A stretch of DNA of 64,000 nucleotides from Phycisphaerae bacterium (GTDB taxonomy: Bacteria > Planctomycetota > Phycisphaerae > UBA1845), in the NCBI GenBank assembly GCA_963666835.2, contig CAXXGO010000001.1, positions 1,440,001 through 1,504,000 of the forward strand, given 5' to 3'. The position numbers were made by a program, and so were the translations under genes. Positions 20,879 through 31,423 of this stretch are shown piece after piece; the stretch's first letter is position 1; each line of letters begins with the position of its first letter. The notes under the pieces were generated by a model. It saw only the letters and a program-made list of their open reading frames with translations. It was not told the origin of the DNA and did no database searches.

Positions 20879-21931
20879 CTAGTAATCGTCGGCGTCCGAT
20901 TCCATCGTGTCCTTCCACGTCGGAAGGTTTTCCAGGTAGACACTGGTTCCCCGGGCTACGCAACTGAGCGGATCATCGACCGTGTGCACATCGAGCCCGG
21001 TTGCCTCGGCAAGATATTGGCCAAGCCCGCGCAGAAGAGATCCGCCCCCGGCCAGGTGTATCCCGTTTTCGATAAGATCGGCCGCAAGTTCCGGCTCGGC
21101 GTTCTCCAGCGTGCGGGTGACGCACTCCACAATCTGGCCGACCGGCTCAGTCAAAGCCTCACGGATTTCCGAACTGGTGACGGTACATTCCCGCGGCAGG
21201 CCGCCAACGACATCGCGCCCCCGCACGGGCTTAGCGAGTTCCTCATCCAATTCCACAATGGAGCCGATTTCGATCTTGATGGACTCGGCAGTCTGAAGAC
21301 CGACCATCAGGTCGTACTTGCGTCGCATGTAAGCGATGATCGCCGCATCCATTTCGTCCCCGGCTACCCTGATACTATTGCACACGGCGATGTCGGCCAG
21401 GGACATGATGGCGACCTCGGTCGTCCCACCGCCGATGTCGACGATCAGCGAGGCGGTCGGCTCAGCGATCGGCAATCCGGCTCCGATACCGGCGGCCATC
21501 GGTTCTTCCACCAGGAAAACGCGTCGAGCTCCCGCGCGCTCGGCGGAGTTGTATACAGCGCGTTTTTCCACCGCGGTGATCCCTGACGGAACGGCAATCA
21601 CAACCCGCGGTTTGACAAAACGGCTTCGTCCGTGGACTTTGCGAATGAAGTAACCGAGCATCGCCTCGGTGATGTCGAAGTCGGCGATGACACCGTCCTT
21701 CAGCGGTCTGATTGCGCTAATCGACCCGGGAGTTTTTCCCAGCATCTCCTTGGCAACTAAGCCGACGGCGTTACCGTCACGCAAGACATGATTGGTGCCG
21801 CGGCGGACCGCAACAACGGAAGGCTCATTGAGGATCACACCCTCGCCCTTGACGCACACCAGCGTATTACAGGTGCCCAGGTCGATTCCCATATCGACGC
21901 TGAACATCCCGAGCAGCGAGTCAAAGATCAC
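20879..21931 (-). CDS. mreB: actin-like rod shape-determining protein MreB
   Basis: GIDLGTCNT, EPSVVA, RPLKDGVIADF, EEPMAA, DIGGGTTE and GGGSLL. Confidence 0.96.
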   Translation of the reverse strand: MIFDSLLGMFSVDMGIDLGTCNTLVCVKGEGVILNEPSVVAVRRGTNHVLRDGNAVGLVAKEMLGKTPGSISAIRPLKDGVIADFDITEAMLGYFIRKVHGRSRFVKPRVVIAVPSGITAVEKRAVYNSAERAGARRVFLVEEPMAAGIGAGLPIAEPTASLIVDIGGGTTEVAIMSLADIAVCNSIRVAGDEMDAAIIAYMRRKYDLMVGLQTAESIKIEIGSIVELDEELAKPVRGRDVVGGLPRECTVTSSEIREALTEPVGQIVECVTRTLENAEPELAADLIENGIHLAGGGSLLRGLGQYLAEATGLDVHTVDDPLSCVARGTSVYLENLPTWKDTMESDADDY

Positions 21932-22121
21932 GCGAGTTTCCTTTTTCGCATCCCGTCCACACCGGGATGCCCTCCCGGTGCTCTGCGCCGAGGTGATCCT
22001 TCTCCAGATGCCCTCTTAGTAAGGGATGGCCGGACCTAGGATCCTCCTTCGGTCTATGCCATTGAGGTACATCGAACCCACCGAACACGCCATCCTCGGT
22101 GCCCGGTGAGGCGAAGTCTGG

Positions 22122-22274
22122 CTAGGCTCCGCTAAACGGATACCAGCTACCAAACAACTGCTGGCTGCGCACCACCAAGTAGACCGTTGCTCCGGCTACC
22201 AAGAGCGTAGACAGCATAAGCAGGACGGTATACACGTTGTGGTCAGGTTTGGCGTCGGCTGGATTATCGCTCAT
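22122..22274 (-). CDS. 50-aa single-pass membrane protein (not in ORF track)
   Basis: Manual translation MSDNPADAKPDHNVYTVLLMLSTLLVAGATVYLVVRSQQLFGSWYPFSGA*. Purine-rich GAGAGG upstream; fills the gap between co-oriented genes. Confidence 0.7.
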   Translation of the reverse strand: MSDNPADAKPDHNVYTVLLMLSTLLVAGATVYLVVRSQQLFGSWYPFSGA

Positions 22275-22361
22275 CTCTCTTTGACCTCTCTCACCTTTGG
22301 TTATTGCTGACGGCTCTACCCAAACCCGAGAAGCTGTCCCCTAAGGTCCGCTCCCAATTGG

Positions 22362-23252
22362 TTAGCCGCGCGAGGCGCCCAGCGTCAACGCGTCCGTTAC
22401 TTGATCACCCGCCTGGGGGACGAATCCCGATGAAACGGTGCGTCCCGCAGCTTCATCCGACTCCACTAGTGTGACCTTCAAGTCGCCGAGATACTGGTCA
22501 CCGCGGTGAACCACGAAGACCATGTCTTTCTTGACGCCGTCCGAGGCCCCAACGCTAATCGTGACAATGTTCCCCGACACCTCCAGGATCTGCCCGCGAA
22601 TGGGGGAAGACGCCACCGGCGTGATCGCGGAAACATGAGGCATAACCCCGCTGCCGTCACCCGAGGATACGGATGTCGAGGGCCTGCGAGACGCGCGGGC
22701 GATCTTCTCGTTCTCGGCGCGGAGGATATTGACCTGCTGCTCGGCTTGCCGTTTCTGCTCCAGCAGCACCATGGTTCGCGCAGTCAATTCGTTGACGCGG
22801 TCATCCAGGTCGATATTGCGCCGCTCCAGCTCGATGTTGCGAGTTTCGAGAGCGTCCCGCTGATCGCGATACTCCTTGCGCGCGGCTTCGGCGCCTTGAA
22901 GCTGCGCTAAGAGCGCACGGTTCATAGCCTCGGAATTGCTCTTCTCCGAGGCGGCCCGGGTCAGCTCGGAGCGCAACTGCGCGATAGTGTGCCCGCGCTC
23001 CTCGAGCTTGACATTCAGGTCGTCAACCTCGTCTCGGTAACCGGCGATCACCTCGTTCGCGCCGACGAGCTGCGCGGCGTCCGCCGCGATCATGTGCCGC
23101 AGATTCGTATCTGCGACCACGGCATGTTGATCGAAATCCTCGGCAAGTTGCCGCCAGTTCGCGGTCCGAGCGACGATCGACACGGTCATCGTCGTAAACG
23201 CGATACTGAACACGACCAGCAGAACAATGAAAACCTTCGTCAGAGTGCTCAA
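22362..23252 (-). CDS. membrane-anchored coiled-coil protein with C-terminal beta domain (FlgT-C-like)
   Basis: N-terminal TM, long heptad region, then GQILEV..VTISVGASDGVKKDMVFVVHRG. Confidence 0.65.
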   Translation of the reverse strand: MSTLTKVFIVLLVVFSIAFTTMTVSIVARTANWRQLAEDFDQHAVVADTNLRHMIAADAAQLVGANEVIAGYRDEVDDLNVKLEERGHTIAQLRSELTRAASEKSNSEAMNRALLAQLQGAEAARKEYRDQRDALETRNIELERRNIDLDDRVNELTARTMVLLEQKRQAEQQVNILRAENEKIARASRRPSTSVSSGDGSGVMPHVSAITPVASSPIRGQILEVSGNIVTISVGASDGVKKDMVFVVHRGDQYLGDLKVTLVESDEAAGRTVSSGFVPQAGDQVTDALTLGASRG

Positions 23253-23541
23253 CGGAAATCTCCTGTGGAAATCTCCCCGTGGAAGTTGTCCAACACCACG
23301 AAACCCCAGCGGTAGACAGCGCGATAACGCAACACTATCGGACCCCGCTACAACCTAGCAGCTACTGTGAGGATGCACCGCACAGCAGACCTGAGCAACC
23401 TATATCGCAGGTGGGCGTTCGTTTCAACCCCGATTCGGCGATTTGGTCGATTTTGGCCGACTGGAATCGCCTCGTGAACCTGTGATATCCGCCACAGATC
23501 ACCTGGCCCGGCACTTCGAGCGCGCCGGCCGCCAGGGCGGG

Positions 23542-24555
23542 CTACTCTTCCTTGCTCTCCGGCGCCGAGGATCCGAGTTCGCCCGTGCTCGGCGCAGCCT
23601 CCTTTTTGTCGGTGGTCGCCGGGGCCGCCTTCCCGAGCTCTGCACGCGTCTCCGGTGTCGGGCTCGAATCGGGGAGTTTCGCCTGAGCCGCCGCCGCTTG
23701 CGCATCTGCCTGCTTGATCAGCTCCCTCAATATCTTCCCCTGTTCCGGGGGGAGTTTCTTCAGAAGTTCGGCGGTGACCATCTTGGCGAGTTCTTCCGGA
23801 CCAATCGCCCCCTTCTCCTCCTTCGGCGTGTCGTGCAGCACCTGACGGATTAACCCGGGGATGGCCTCGCGTTGCTCTTCGGTGAGACCCAGTTTGGGGT
23901 CCTGGATGATCGCCAGGAGCCGCTGTAGGCCGTTCGGAAACTCGCGCTGGCGTACAAGTTGGAGATCCACGATCATCTTGTGGAAGGCCTCCAATTGGGT
24001 GGGAGTCAATTGGTCCTGGAGCTTCACGACGAGCTCGGGAGTGTCTTGACCGATCATGGGGCCGGGTTGCCTGGTCAAGGCGAGCATCTGCTTCTGGATT
24101 CTCCTGATGTTCTCTCCGTCGCCGGCTTCCCTGGCCTTGGCCAGCTCCCCACGAAGCCTCATTATTGCCTTCGTATCGATCTTTGGCATGTCCTTGGCCA
24201 TCTCCTCGGCGAGCTGCTTCTTCACGTGCTCGACGTAGATGTCACAAAGTACCCCGACCGCCTTGGCCTGCTTCTCTGAGAGATTGAGTTCTCGCTTCAT
24301 CTTCGTCTGGAGTTGACCGATGCGACCGATCAGTTCCCGGGTCGCGATTCCCAGCCTCTCGCGGGACATCTCCCATTTCTGGCGGGGGGTCAGTCGGGGC
24401 TTGGGCTGCTCCGTTGCGGGCTTAGGCTCGCTTGCGGTGTCTGCGGGTTGGCCTTTCGGCTCTGCCTTCTCAGGTTGCTGGCCGATTGCGGACGAAGGAA
24501 CCCAGAGTCCTCCAATCACGAATAAAAGGGTATAGGCAAAGCACGCTCTTCTCAT
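23542..24555 (-). CDS. exported helical protein with LTxxQ repeats (Spy/CpxP-like)
   Basis: Signal peptide MRRACFAYTLLFV and LSEKQ, LTPTQ, LTEEQ, LPPEQ motifs. Confidence 0.6.
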   Translation of the reverse strand: MRRACFAYTLLFVIGGLWVPSSAIGQQPEKAEPKGQPADTASEPKPATEQPKPRLTPRQKWEMSRERLGIATRELIGRIGQLQTKMKRELNLSEKQAKAVGVLCDIYVEHVKKQLAEEMAKDMPKIDTKAIMRLRGELAKAREAGDGENIRRIQKQMLALTRQPGPMIGQDTPELVVKLQDQLTPTQLEAFHKMIVDLQLVRQREFPNGLQRLLAIIQDPKLGLTEEQREAIPGLIRQVLHDTPKEEKGAIGPEELAKMVTAELLKKLPPEQGKILRELIKQADAQAAAAQAKLPDSSPTPETRAELGKAAPATTDKKEAAPSTGELGSSAPESKEE

Positions 24556-24780
24556 CGGTTCTGTCTCCTGGTAAACAACGTCCGATCCGGGAGTCTCGTT
24601 CCCACCCGGGCTTAGCATGGGTGGCACGGCTTGCCCCGGAACACCGGCCCGCAAGAACATCCGCCGCAAAGCGAACGCGTTGCACTTGGGACAGGGATGA
24701 CTATGGTAATCCCTCTCGCCGAGTTGTTACAGTCCCAATCCTGTCACAAGCGGCGGGAGCGAGTTAAGCTGTTGTAGAAC

Positions 24781-26307
24781 ATGCATCTATTGACGATTCT
24801 CGCCTTTGCGTTGGTATTTTGGCAGGCCGAGGCGCCGGGGCGGCTCGTTCTGGTAGCGCCGGATGACTGCCTCATAACTCCGGCTGTTGTGGTCGGTCAT
24901 CTGCTGGTTATAGGACTCACCGCACTGTGGAGTGTTAAGCGGGCCGCCAAGCTGCTCGCGGCAGACCCCGACTCTCCGGAACGAGCTCAGGCATCTTATC
25001 ATCGAAGTGTGCTGGCGATCCGAGCTCTGGCGATTGTCGGTTTTGGCGCGGCGGTCTTTTTGACTCGTTGGCCCGAGTGGTTCGCCTTTGGCCGCGTGAC
25101 GCCGGTGCTGCAGATTCTGGGTGACCTGATTGTTCTGTCGCCGTTCTTCGCGGCTATGGTGATCGTGTGGACGATCGGCTATCCGTTGGAGCGCGCTCTG
25201 CGTGGAGAGGGCGAGCATTCAGGTCTAGAGCCGGTCAAGGCGAGTCGAGGGTGGCGGTTCTCGTCCTATCTGGATTTCCACGTTCGGCACTACCTTCTGG
25301 TTGTCGCCGTGCCGATGACGGTGATTCTGTTCGCGGCGGATCTCACTCGCGGATATCGCGAGGTTCTGCAGGGCTGGGGTGGATGGGTCTGGGCGCCGGA
25401 TCTTGTTCTGGGAGTGGCGGCGGCGGCCGTGTTCGTGACGTCGCCGCTGTTGCTGCGGCGGATCTGGCGTACGGCTCCGCTGGCGGCGAGTCCGGTCCGA
25501 GAGAGGTTGGACGCGTTGTGTAGGCGGATCGGGCTGCGTTGTCGTGATATCCTGGTCTGGGACAGTGGCGGTCTGATGATCAACGCGGCGGTGATGGGGA
25601 TCTTCGCGCCGGTTCGTTACGTCATTCTGTCCGATGCCCTGCTTTCGACGATGAGCCCCCGGCAGATCGAGGCGGTTTTCGGTCACGAGGCGGGTCATAT
25701 TCGGCATCACCACATGCAGTATTTCCTGGTGTTCGCCCTGGTAGGTTGGCTGGCGGTAGTAGGCATAATGGAGCTGCTGGCCTGCATGATGATGTCATCT
25801 GATTCGGTAACGGAGCTGTCGTTGATCGTGGTGGAGGCGGTGGGAGTGTTAGCCACCGTGGTCATCTGGGGCGTAGGTTTCGGCTGGCTGTCACGGCGAT
25901 TCGAGCGTCAGGCGGACCTGTTTGCCGCGCGGTGCGCCACGCCCTCGGCAGGGGAATGTCGGGCGCCGTGCGGGGTTCATCCCGACGAGGATAAGGTGGA
26001 AGCGGTGGACCGGCGAGTGTGTGCGGCCGGGGCGGCGGTCTTTGCTTCGGCGCTGGATCGGGTGGCGGTGCTCAATGGGATTCCGCACGAGGAGCGTAGC
26101 TGGCGCCACTCATCGATCGGAAGCCGGATTCGGTTTCTGATGGCCTTGTCCGGCGATGCCTCGCTGATCGCAGGTTTCGAGCGGGCGGTTCGGCGCGCGA
26201 GGTTGATTCTGGTCGCGCTGGCGGTCGTGGGTGGGGCCGCGTGCGTCGGGTACTGGATTATCGTGCGGGAACCGGCGATACTCCGTCTTCAGGTCGGGGG
26301 ACCGTAA
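24781..26307 (+). CDS. M48-family integral membrane zinc metalloprotease
   Basis: NAAVMG, HEAGH zinc motif, SRRFERQAD and H.SI.SRI, with multiple TMs. Confidence 0.88.
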   Translation: MHLLTILAFALVFWQAEAPGRLVLVAPDDCLITPAVVVGHLLVIGLTALWSVKRAAKLLAADPDSPERAQASYHRSVLAIRALAIVGFGAAVFLTRWPEWFAFGRVTPVLQILGDLIVLSPFFAAMVIVWTIGYPLERALRGEGEHSGLEPVKASRGWRFSSYLDFHVRHYLLVVAVPMTVILFAADLTRGYREVLQGWGGWVWAPDLVLGVAAAAVFVTSPLLLRRIWRTAPLAASPVRERLDALCRRIGLRCRDILVWDSGGLMINAAVMGIFAPVRYVILSDALLSTMSPRQIEAVFGHEAGHIRHHHMQYFLVFALVGWLAVVGIMELLACMMMSSDSVTELSLIVVEAVGVLATVVIWGVGFGWLSRRFERQADLFAARCATPSAGECRAPCGVHPDEDKVEAVDRRVCAAGAAVFASALDRVAVLNGIPHEERSWRHSSIGSRIRFLMALSGDASLIAGFERAVRRARLILVALAVVGGAACVGYWIIVREPAILRLQVGGP

Positions 26308-26343
26308 CAGAGTTATCTTCGTTCAAGGCGGTTAGGACGACCC

Positions 26344-27270
26344 ATGACGAAACCTGCTTCACGCGAGATTGAGCCCGGGATGGCGACGGCGGCGCGGACC
26401 ATAGACGGCAGAGTTCTCGGGCAGCGCATCAAGGACGAAGCCGCGGCGCAGGTACGCGAACTTGCGGCTCAAGGGGTGCGGGTCAGTCTGGATGCGGTGA
26501 TGGTGGGGGATCCGGATGCCGGTGAGATCTACGCCCGTTCCCAACGCAAGAGATGCCATGATGTTGGCATTGAATATCGCCTTCATACTTTGGGAGTCAG
26601 GGCGCGTGAGGCGGACATCCGCGGACTGCTGCGCGACCTGAACGAGGATTCCGGCGTTACCGGGATCGTTCTGAACTTGCCGCTCCCCCCCGGAATAGAC
26701 ACGCCGGCGATGCAGTACGGAATAGACCCCTACAAGGATGTTGAAGGGGTGAACCCGGCCAACATCGGTCTGTTGTTCTACGACGATCCGATCATCGCGC
26801 CGTGTACGGCGTTGGCGGTCATGGAGGTATTGAAAGAAGCCCAAGTGGATCCGCGCGGCCTGAATGCGGTGGTGGTCGGGCAGGGGGATATTGCCGGTAA
26901 GCCGGTTTCGTTGTTCCTGCTACACAAGATGGCGACGGTGACCAGTTGCCATATCGCCACACGCGATCTGGCGGAGCACACCCGGAATGCGGATTTGCTT
27001 GTGGTGGCCGTGGGCAAGCCCGGGCTCATCGGTGCGGAGCATGTCAAGCCGGGGGCGGTTGTTATTGACGTTGGGATCAACAGCGTAGTGGATGCCGCGG
27101 GGCAGCGCTGCATCGTCGGAGACGTCGCTTCTGATGAAGTCCGGGATATTGCGGGGGTGATTACCCCGGTTCCGGGCGGAGTGGGACCGGTGACGGTCGC
27201 GATCCTCTTGCGCAGTGCCGCCGAAGCCGCCCGCAAGCAGTTGGTCATGCCGCGTCGTCTGGATTCGTAA
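26344..27270 (+). CDS. folD: methylenetetrahydrofolate dehydrogenase/cyclohydrolase
   Basis: KDVEG, PCT, GKP, VIDVGIN, GDV and TPVPGGVGPVT. Confidence 0.93.
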   Translation: MTKPASREIEPGMATAARTIDGRVLGQRIKDEAAAQVRELAAQGVRVSLDAVMVGDPDAGEIYARSQRKRCHDVGIEYRLHTLGVRAREADIRGLLRDLNEDSGVTGIVLNLPLPPGIDTPAMQYGIDPYKDVEGVNPANIGLLFYDDPIIAPCTALAVMEVLKEAQVDPRGLNAVVVGQGDIAGKPVSLFLLHKMATVTSCHIATRDLAEHTRNADLLVVAVGKPGLIGAEHVKPGAVVIDVGINSVVDAAGQRCIVGDVASDEVRDIAGVITPVPGGVGPVTVAILLRSAAEAARKQLVMPRRLDS

Positions 27271-27411
27271 GTTGATGCCCGGAGCGGTCATCAGCCGTTG
27301 ACCGCGAAGCGATTCGGCCGTAGCGTTTTTGGTGCCACGCGGCATCATGCCGCAGTGGTCCGGGCGCCGCGCGGCGGTCGGCGTAAGGCGAGGGCACGGG
27401 AGACCTGCCGA

Positions 27412-29157
27412 ATGAACCGTGCGAGAGTCGCTTGTTTCCTTCTCGTTGTCGGCTTTTGCCGGCTGCTGAGCCCGACGTGCGCCCAGGAGACGCGGGCTTT
27501 AGATGCGGCGGGGGCAGATTCCGACTTAGGCGGCTCGGTCTGGGCGGTTGTTCCGGATAATGCCTGTGTCGTGGCAGCAGTCCGCGATATGGCAGGTTTG
27601 GATTCGAAGTTTGCGAAGTTGGCCGGGCGTATGGGGACCGAGTTCCAAGGCCTTACGGCGATCGAATCTGCAATCGAGATCGTCGCGGGGATCGACGATC
27701 ACGGAGAGGCGGCCGTACTGCTTATGCCGCCGTCGGAGGCCGGTCCGATTGCGGACTCTCTGATTCTCTTGCTGCCTACAACCGATCGGGCCGCGCTGCT
27801 TATGTTCCTCAATCCCCAGCCGTTGGAGGACGGGTATGTTAAGGTGCGGCTCGGCGGGCGGGAGAGCTTCGCGGGGACGAAGGGAGCGTTTACGGTCTTC
27901 GGTCCGGACCTCGCCACGGTGAAGTCCGTAGTAACCGCCAAGAGCGGGCTGATCACTCGTTGTCAGGACTTCCACCTTCGCCAGATGGCGGCAAACGATG
28001 TGTCGGTTTACGCGGATTCGTCCGCGGAGGGATCCGGCCGGCTCGTCGAGATGTTGAAAGGAGGATTCCCGCGAATCTCCGGTTTTTTGAAGGGCGCATT
28101 GGAGGATCAGGACCGTCTGTTCGGTTCGGCTCGGCTGGACTCCACCGGGGTGGCGCTTTCGTTGAGTGTGGATCGAGACAATGGACCGACGAGCTCAGCA
28201 GGTGCGGACGTGGCCGGTACTCTGCTGGCGGGTTTGCCGGATGAGCCGGTTGTGTTCGCGGCTGGTTCGGCCGAGGGGGCTTCCCTTCAGCAAGCCCATG
28301 TGATCTTTGAGGACATTGTAACGTCACTGACGCGGAAAGGTGTCATCCTGGCGGATCGGGCGGCTGATTTGCGGGCGGTCTATCGGTCCGCCATCGCCCG
28401 GGTTGCGCGCGGCGCAGTCAGCATGTCGATGTTGCCGAACGGGGCCGGTAGTCCCGTTGGTTCCGTTATGGTGGCTCAGGCCCGCGGGAGCGGGGCGTTA
28501 TTGCTGCGCGACGTGGAGACGGCCGTAAGCGTGGTAAGGAGCGGGGTCTTTGCTGACGCGCGGTTGGCACGGTTAGTGGAACGGCTCGAAGTGCGGCGTG
28601 CGGCGGAGACCCTTGCAGGGGTGCCGGTTGACCACATTGTTGTGGAACTGAGTGGCCTCGAGGGAGTAGACGAGGCTGCCGTTCGGAGTGTTTTGGGAGA
28701 TGAGGGCCTTCTCTGTCGAATAGCAGTGGTGGACGAGTCCTTCGTGGTGGCGACTCTCGGCGGCGGCGCGGCTCGATTCAGCGAGGTTATGGAGATAGTC
28801 CGTTCGGGCGGGGCGCCCCTGGCGGCTGATGTGGCGATTCAGATGTCGGCTATGGGTGTTGCCCGCGAGCGTTGTCTCGAAGCGTATTTCGCTTTGGATC
28901 GGTGGGCCAAGCTGGCCAATATGGTCTGCCGGGCGTTTGGCTCGGCGGTTCCATATCGGCGGGTGCCGGAGGTGAATGCCCCGGTAGCGCTAACCGTACG
29001 TTCGGTGGCGGGGGGCGCGCAGACTGAGGTGTTCATTCCCGTTGAGGTGCTCGATGCAGCTCGGTGGATTATGACGGATGCCGTGCCAAACGGGGCGACT
29101 GGTGACGGCGTTGGGATTGCTCCGGAGGCAGACGCGAGGGGGGTAAATGATCATTAA
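27412..29157 (+). CDS. exported hypothetical protein
   Basis: Long ORF with signal-peptide-like MNRARVACFLLVVGF. Overlaps the next gene's start. Confidence 0.6.
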   Translation: MNRARVACFLLVVGFCRLLSPTCAQETRALDAAGADSDLGGSVWAVVPDNACVVAAVRDMAGLDSKFAKLAGRMGTEFQGLTAIESAIEIVAGIDDHGEAAVLLMPPSEAGPIADSLILLLPTTDRAALLMFLNPQPLEDGYVKVRLGGRESFAGTKGAFTVFGPDLATVKSVVTAKSGLITRCQDFHLRQMAANDVSVYADSSAEGSGRLVEMLKGGFPRISGFLKGALEDQDRLFGSARLDSTGVALSLSVDRDNGPTSSAGADVAGTLLAGLPDEPVVFAAGSAEGASLQQAHVIFEDIVTSLTRKGVILADRAADLRAVYRSAIARVARGAVSMSMLPNGAGSPVGSVMVAQARGSGALLLRDVETAVSVVRSGVFADARLARLVERLEVRRAAETLAGVPVDHIVVELSGLEGVDEAAVRSVLGDEGLLCRIAVVDESFVVATLGGGAARFSEVMEIVRSGGAPLAADVAIQMSAMGVARERCLEAYFALDRWAKLANMVCRAFGSAVPYRRVPEVNAPVALTVRSVAGGAQTEVFIPVEVLDAARWIMTDAVPNGATGDGVGIAPEADARGVNDH

Positions 29158-29890
29158 GCTCGACAAGGTGGAAGTGCGGGTACTCGGCGTGTTGATCGAG
29201 AAGTCGCTGTCTCAATCGGGAAGCTATCCTCTGACTCTCAATGCCGTTGTGCTCGGTGCGAATCAGAAGCAGAACCGTGAACCCGTGTTGTCACTGAGCG
29301 AGACGGAGGTCGGACGGGTTCTGCACAGCTTGGAGCGGAAGAAGCTGGTCGGGTATGCTTCGGTGGGGGCGGGCGCGCGGGCCAACCGGTTCGAGCATCA
29401 CGTGGCCGAGCAGCTCAAGTGGGATCGACGTGAACAGGCGGTTATGGCAGAGCTTATGCTGCGCGACCGGCAGACGATTGGTGAATTGCGCACCCGGGCG
29501 AGTCGGATGACGCCTTTTCCTGATCTCCCGGCGGTTGCTGCGGTTCTCGATAGCCTGGCGGCCTACGATCCGCCCTGCGTCGAAGAGCTTCCCCGCGAGC
29601 CGGGCCGGTCGGCGTCACGATATCGTCATCTTATCGGCGAAGATTCGACCGTCGGAGAACCCGCCGCCCCGGCCCCCTCCGCTGCCGCGATCCCCGCGGT
29701 CTCAAGCGGAGACGAATCGCCTACGTCGCTGCCGGCCGGTATCGAATCTGCGCCTTCGTCGGCAACCGCAAACGACCCGGCCGCCGCGGCAGGAACCGCG
29801 ACGATTGCGTCTCTCACCGCCCGCGTCGCCGAGCTCGAAGAACGAGTCACCCGCCTGGCGGAAGAGGTGGCCGAGCTTAGGCGAGTTTGA
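29147..29890 (+). CDS. YceH/DUF480-family protein
   Basis: EVRVLGVLIEK..YPLTLNA...NQKQNREPV and LMLR..QT.GELRTRASRM, with a C-terminal coiled coil. Confidence 0.88.
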   Translation: MIIKLDKVEVRVLGVLIEKSLSQSGSYPLTLNAVVLGANQKQNREPVLSLSETEVGRVLHSLERKKLVGYASVGAGARANRFEHHVAEQLKWDRREQAVMAELMLRDRQTIGELRTRASRMTPFPDLPAVAAVLDSLAAYDPPCVEELPREPGRSASRYRHLIGEDSTVGEPAAPAPSAAAIPAVSSGDESPTSLPAGIESAPSSATANDPAAAAGTATIASLTARVAELEERVTRLAEEVAELRRV

Positions 29891-30089
29891 TTTTACAGGC
29901 GGGCGTCTTGTCCCGCGCCTGTGCAACTGTGAGAAAGGCGAGGGGGACAAAGAGCATGCGCCCATTAGTTCTCTTCCCTGCGTTATTCGCCTAACCGCTT
30001 CTCTTTGCTTCTGTCCATTCGTCAGCCGAGGCGTAGTATTTCTGCCTCGGTTTCCTCGGTCAGAGGCCCCATGCACGGCTTTGAGAGAC

Positions 30090-30572
30090 TCACCCCTCCG
30101 GTCTCTCAGCTTCGTCATACTGGGATAACACTAGCTCCTCAAGAAGGTCGAGTCGGCTCTCGAGCATGTCGGCATATTCTCTGGTGGCCGGCGCGTTGAC
30201 CGGGATTATTTCATCGTCAATGGACCGCCCTTCATGGACCGCCTCGACCCACCGCCGCATCTCGCGGATGTAACTTCTGAGCGCCGATGGCGGATCGGGA
30301 CTCAAGTCGCAGACCAGGTATGCCGGCGGCAAATCACCCGTAACCACCCACAGCCAATCATCGACGTCAGGATGCCCCGGTGAGATTTCGAAGAGAAAGA
30401 CTCCGAGAATCCCCTCGTTGCCCAAGCCGAAGTACCCGTTCCTTATCGACTTGCACCATCGCTTCGAAAGAAGAAACTGCTCCGCCCGGTCGGCGAATTG
30501 ACCAAGGCTATAGTCATCTTCCGGATCTCCCCTGTCCATGGCAGAGATGGGTGTAAGTACTTCGATGTTCAT
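30090..30572 (-). CDS. putative immunity protein (DUF4826-like)
   Basis: WLWVVTGDLPPAYL motif. Last gene of the toxin/immunity string, overlapping the upstream stop. Confidence 0.55.
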   Translation of the reverse strand: MNIEVLTPISAMDRGDPEDDYSLGQFADRAEQFLLSKRWCKSIRNGYFGLGNEGILGVFLFEISPGHPDVDDWLWVVTGDLPPAYLVCDLSPDPPSALRSYIREMRRWVEAVHEGRSIDDEIIPVNAPATREYADMLESRLDLLEELVLSQYDEAERPEG

Positions 30573-31210
30573 GGTCTGTGCCTGTTCCTACCCTTGTCTG
30601 CGTCCGCAGCTTCTTTGAACAACGAGGTGAGGTGGTCGGCAAGAAACCTCAAGCTGCTTCTAGCGTCTGCGATCTCCGGCTCGAACTCGTCTGCGACAAT
30701 GACCTCGTGGATATACTCCATCATCCTGCGTTCGCCCACAACGCATTCGACGGCTATCTCGGTTGCCAGTTGCGTGCCGTCCTCGTCGGCAGTCAGGCTC
30801 GGAGTCCGAACGACGATGTCGAAGGCGCCGCCAGGGAGCTCAAGCAGCATATACTGCCAGCCTGACGCATCAACATCAACAGGTCTACCATGGCGGTCCT
30901 CAAACGTAAACCGAAGATCGAAGTCCTTCGGAGGTTTGGCGGGATGAAACTCCCAGCCATCGCAATCCGGCGCGGCGTTAACGATGGCAGTCGTCACCGC
31001 CAACCACTCCGGGCGGCCACTCGGAGAGATAGTCAGGGCGTTACTCTCGACGATCCCTGGCCCGACTTCCCACACGAGATCTCCGAGAGACCGCACTCTT
31101 GCGTCGAGCTCCGCCAGTATCTTCGCATCTTCGAGGTTCGCTCCCAATTCCGCCGCGACCGACGCGAACCAATCCCAGAAGGCCCGAAGCCGGGTTTGTG
31201 AGATACTCAT
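30569..31210 (-). CDS. putative immunity protein
   Basis: FWDWF...WEVGPG...LTISPSG...AAP..GWEF.P.KPP. AGGAGG upstream; context in the Rhs locus. Confidence 0.55.
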   Translation of the reverse strand: MSISQTRLRAFWDWFASVAAELGANLEDAKILAELDARVRSLGDLVWEVGPGIVESNALTISPSGRPEWLAVTTAIVNAAPDCDGWEFHPAKPPKDFDLRFTFEDRHGRPVDVDASGWQYMLLELPGGAFDIVVRTPSLTADEDGTQLATEIAVECVVGERRMMEYIHEVIVADEFEPEIADARSSLRFLADHLTSLFKEAADADKGRNRHRP

Positions 31211-31423
31211 GACGGCTACCTGACGCCTCCTGTCACGCGGCAAGTGAATCCCAGTTCGCCGGGATCGCACTCGTTTGTGTCCTCAAGCGGATATTCCGTT
31301 GAATCATTGCCTCGCTGTTACGTCGCCAACGAGGTTTGAGGCGGACATACTTGCTGAACAGCCACCGCAAAGCGAGACCCCAGATGCCGGCTCCAAGGCA
31401 GCGTTTTTGAGCGAATGGCCCCG

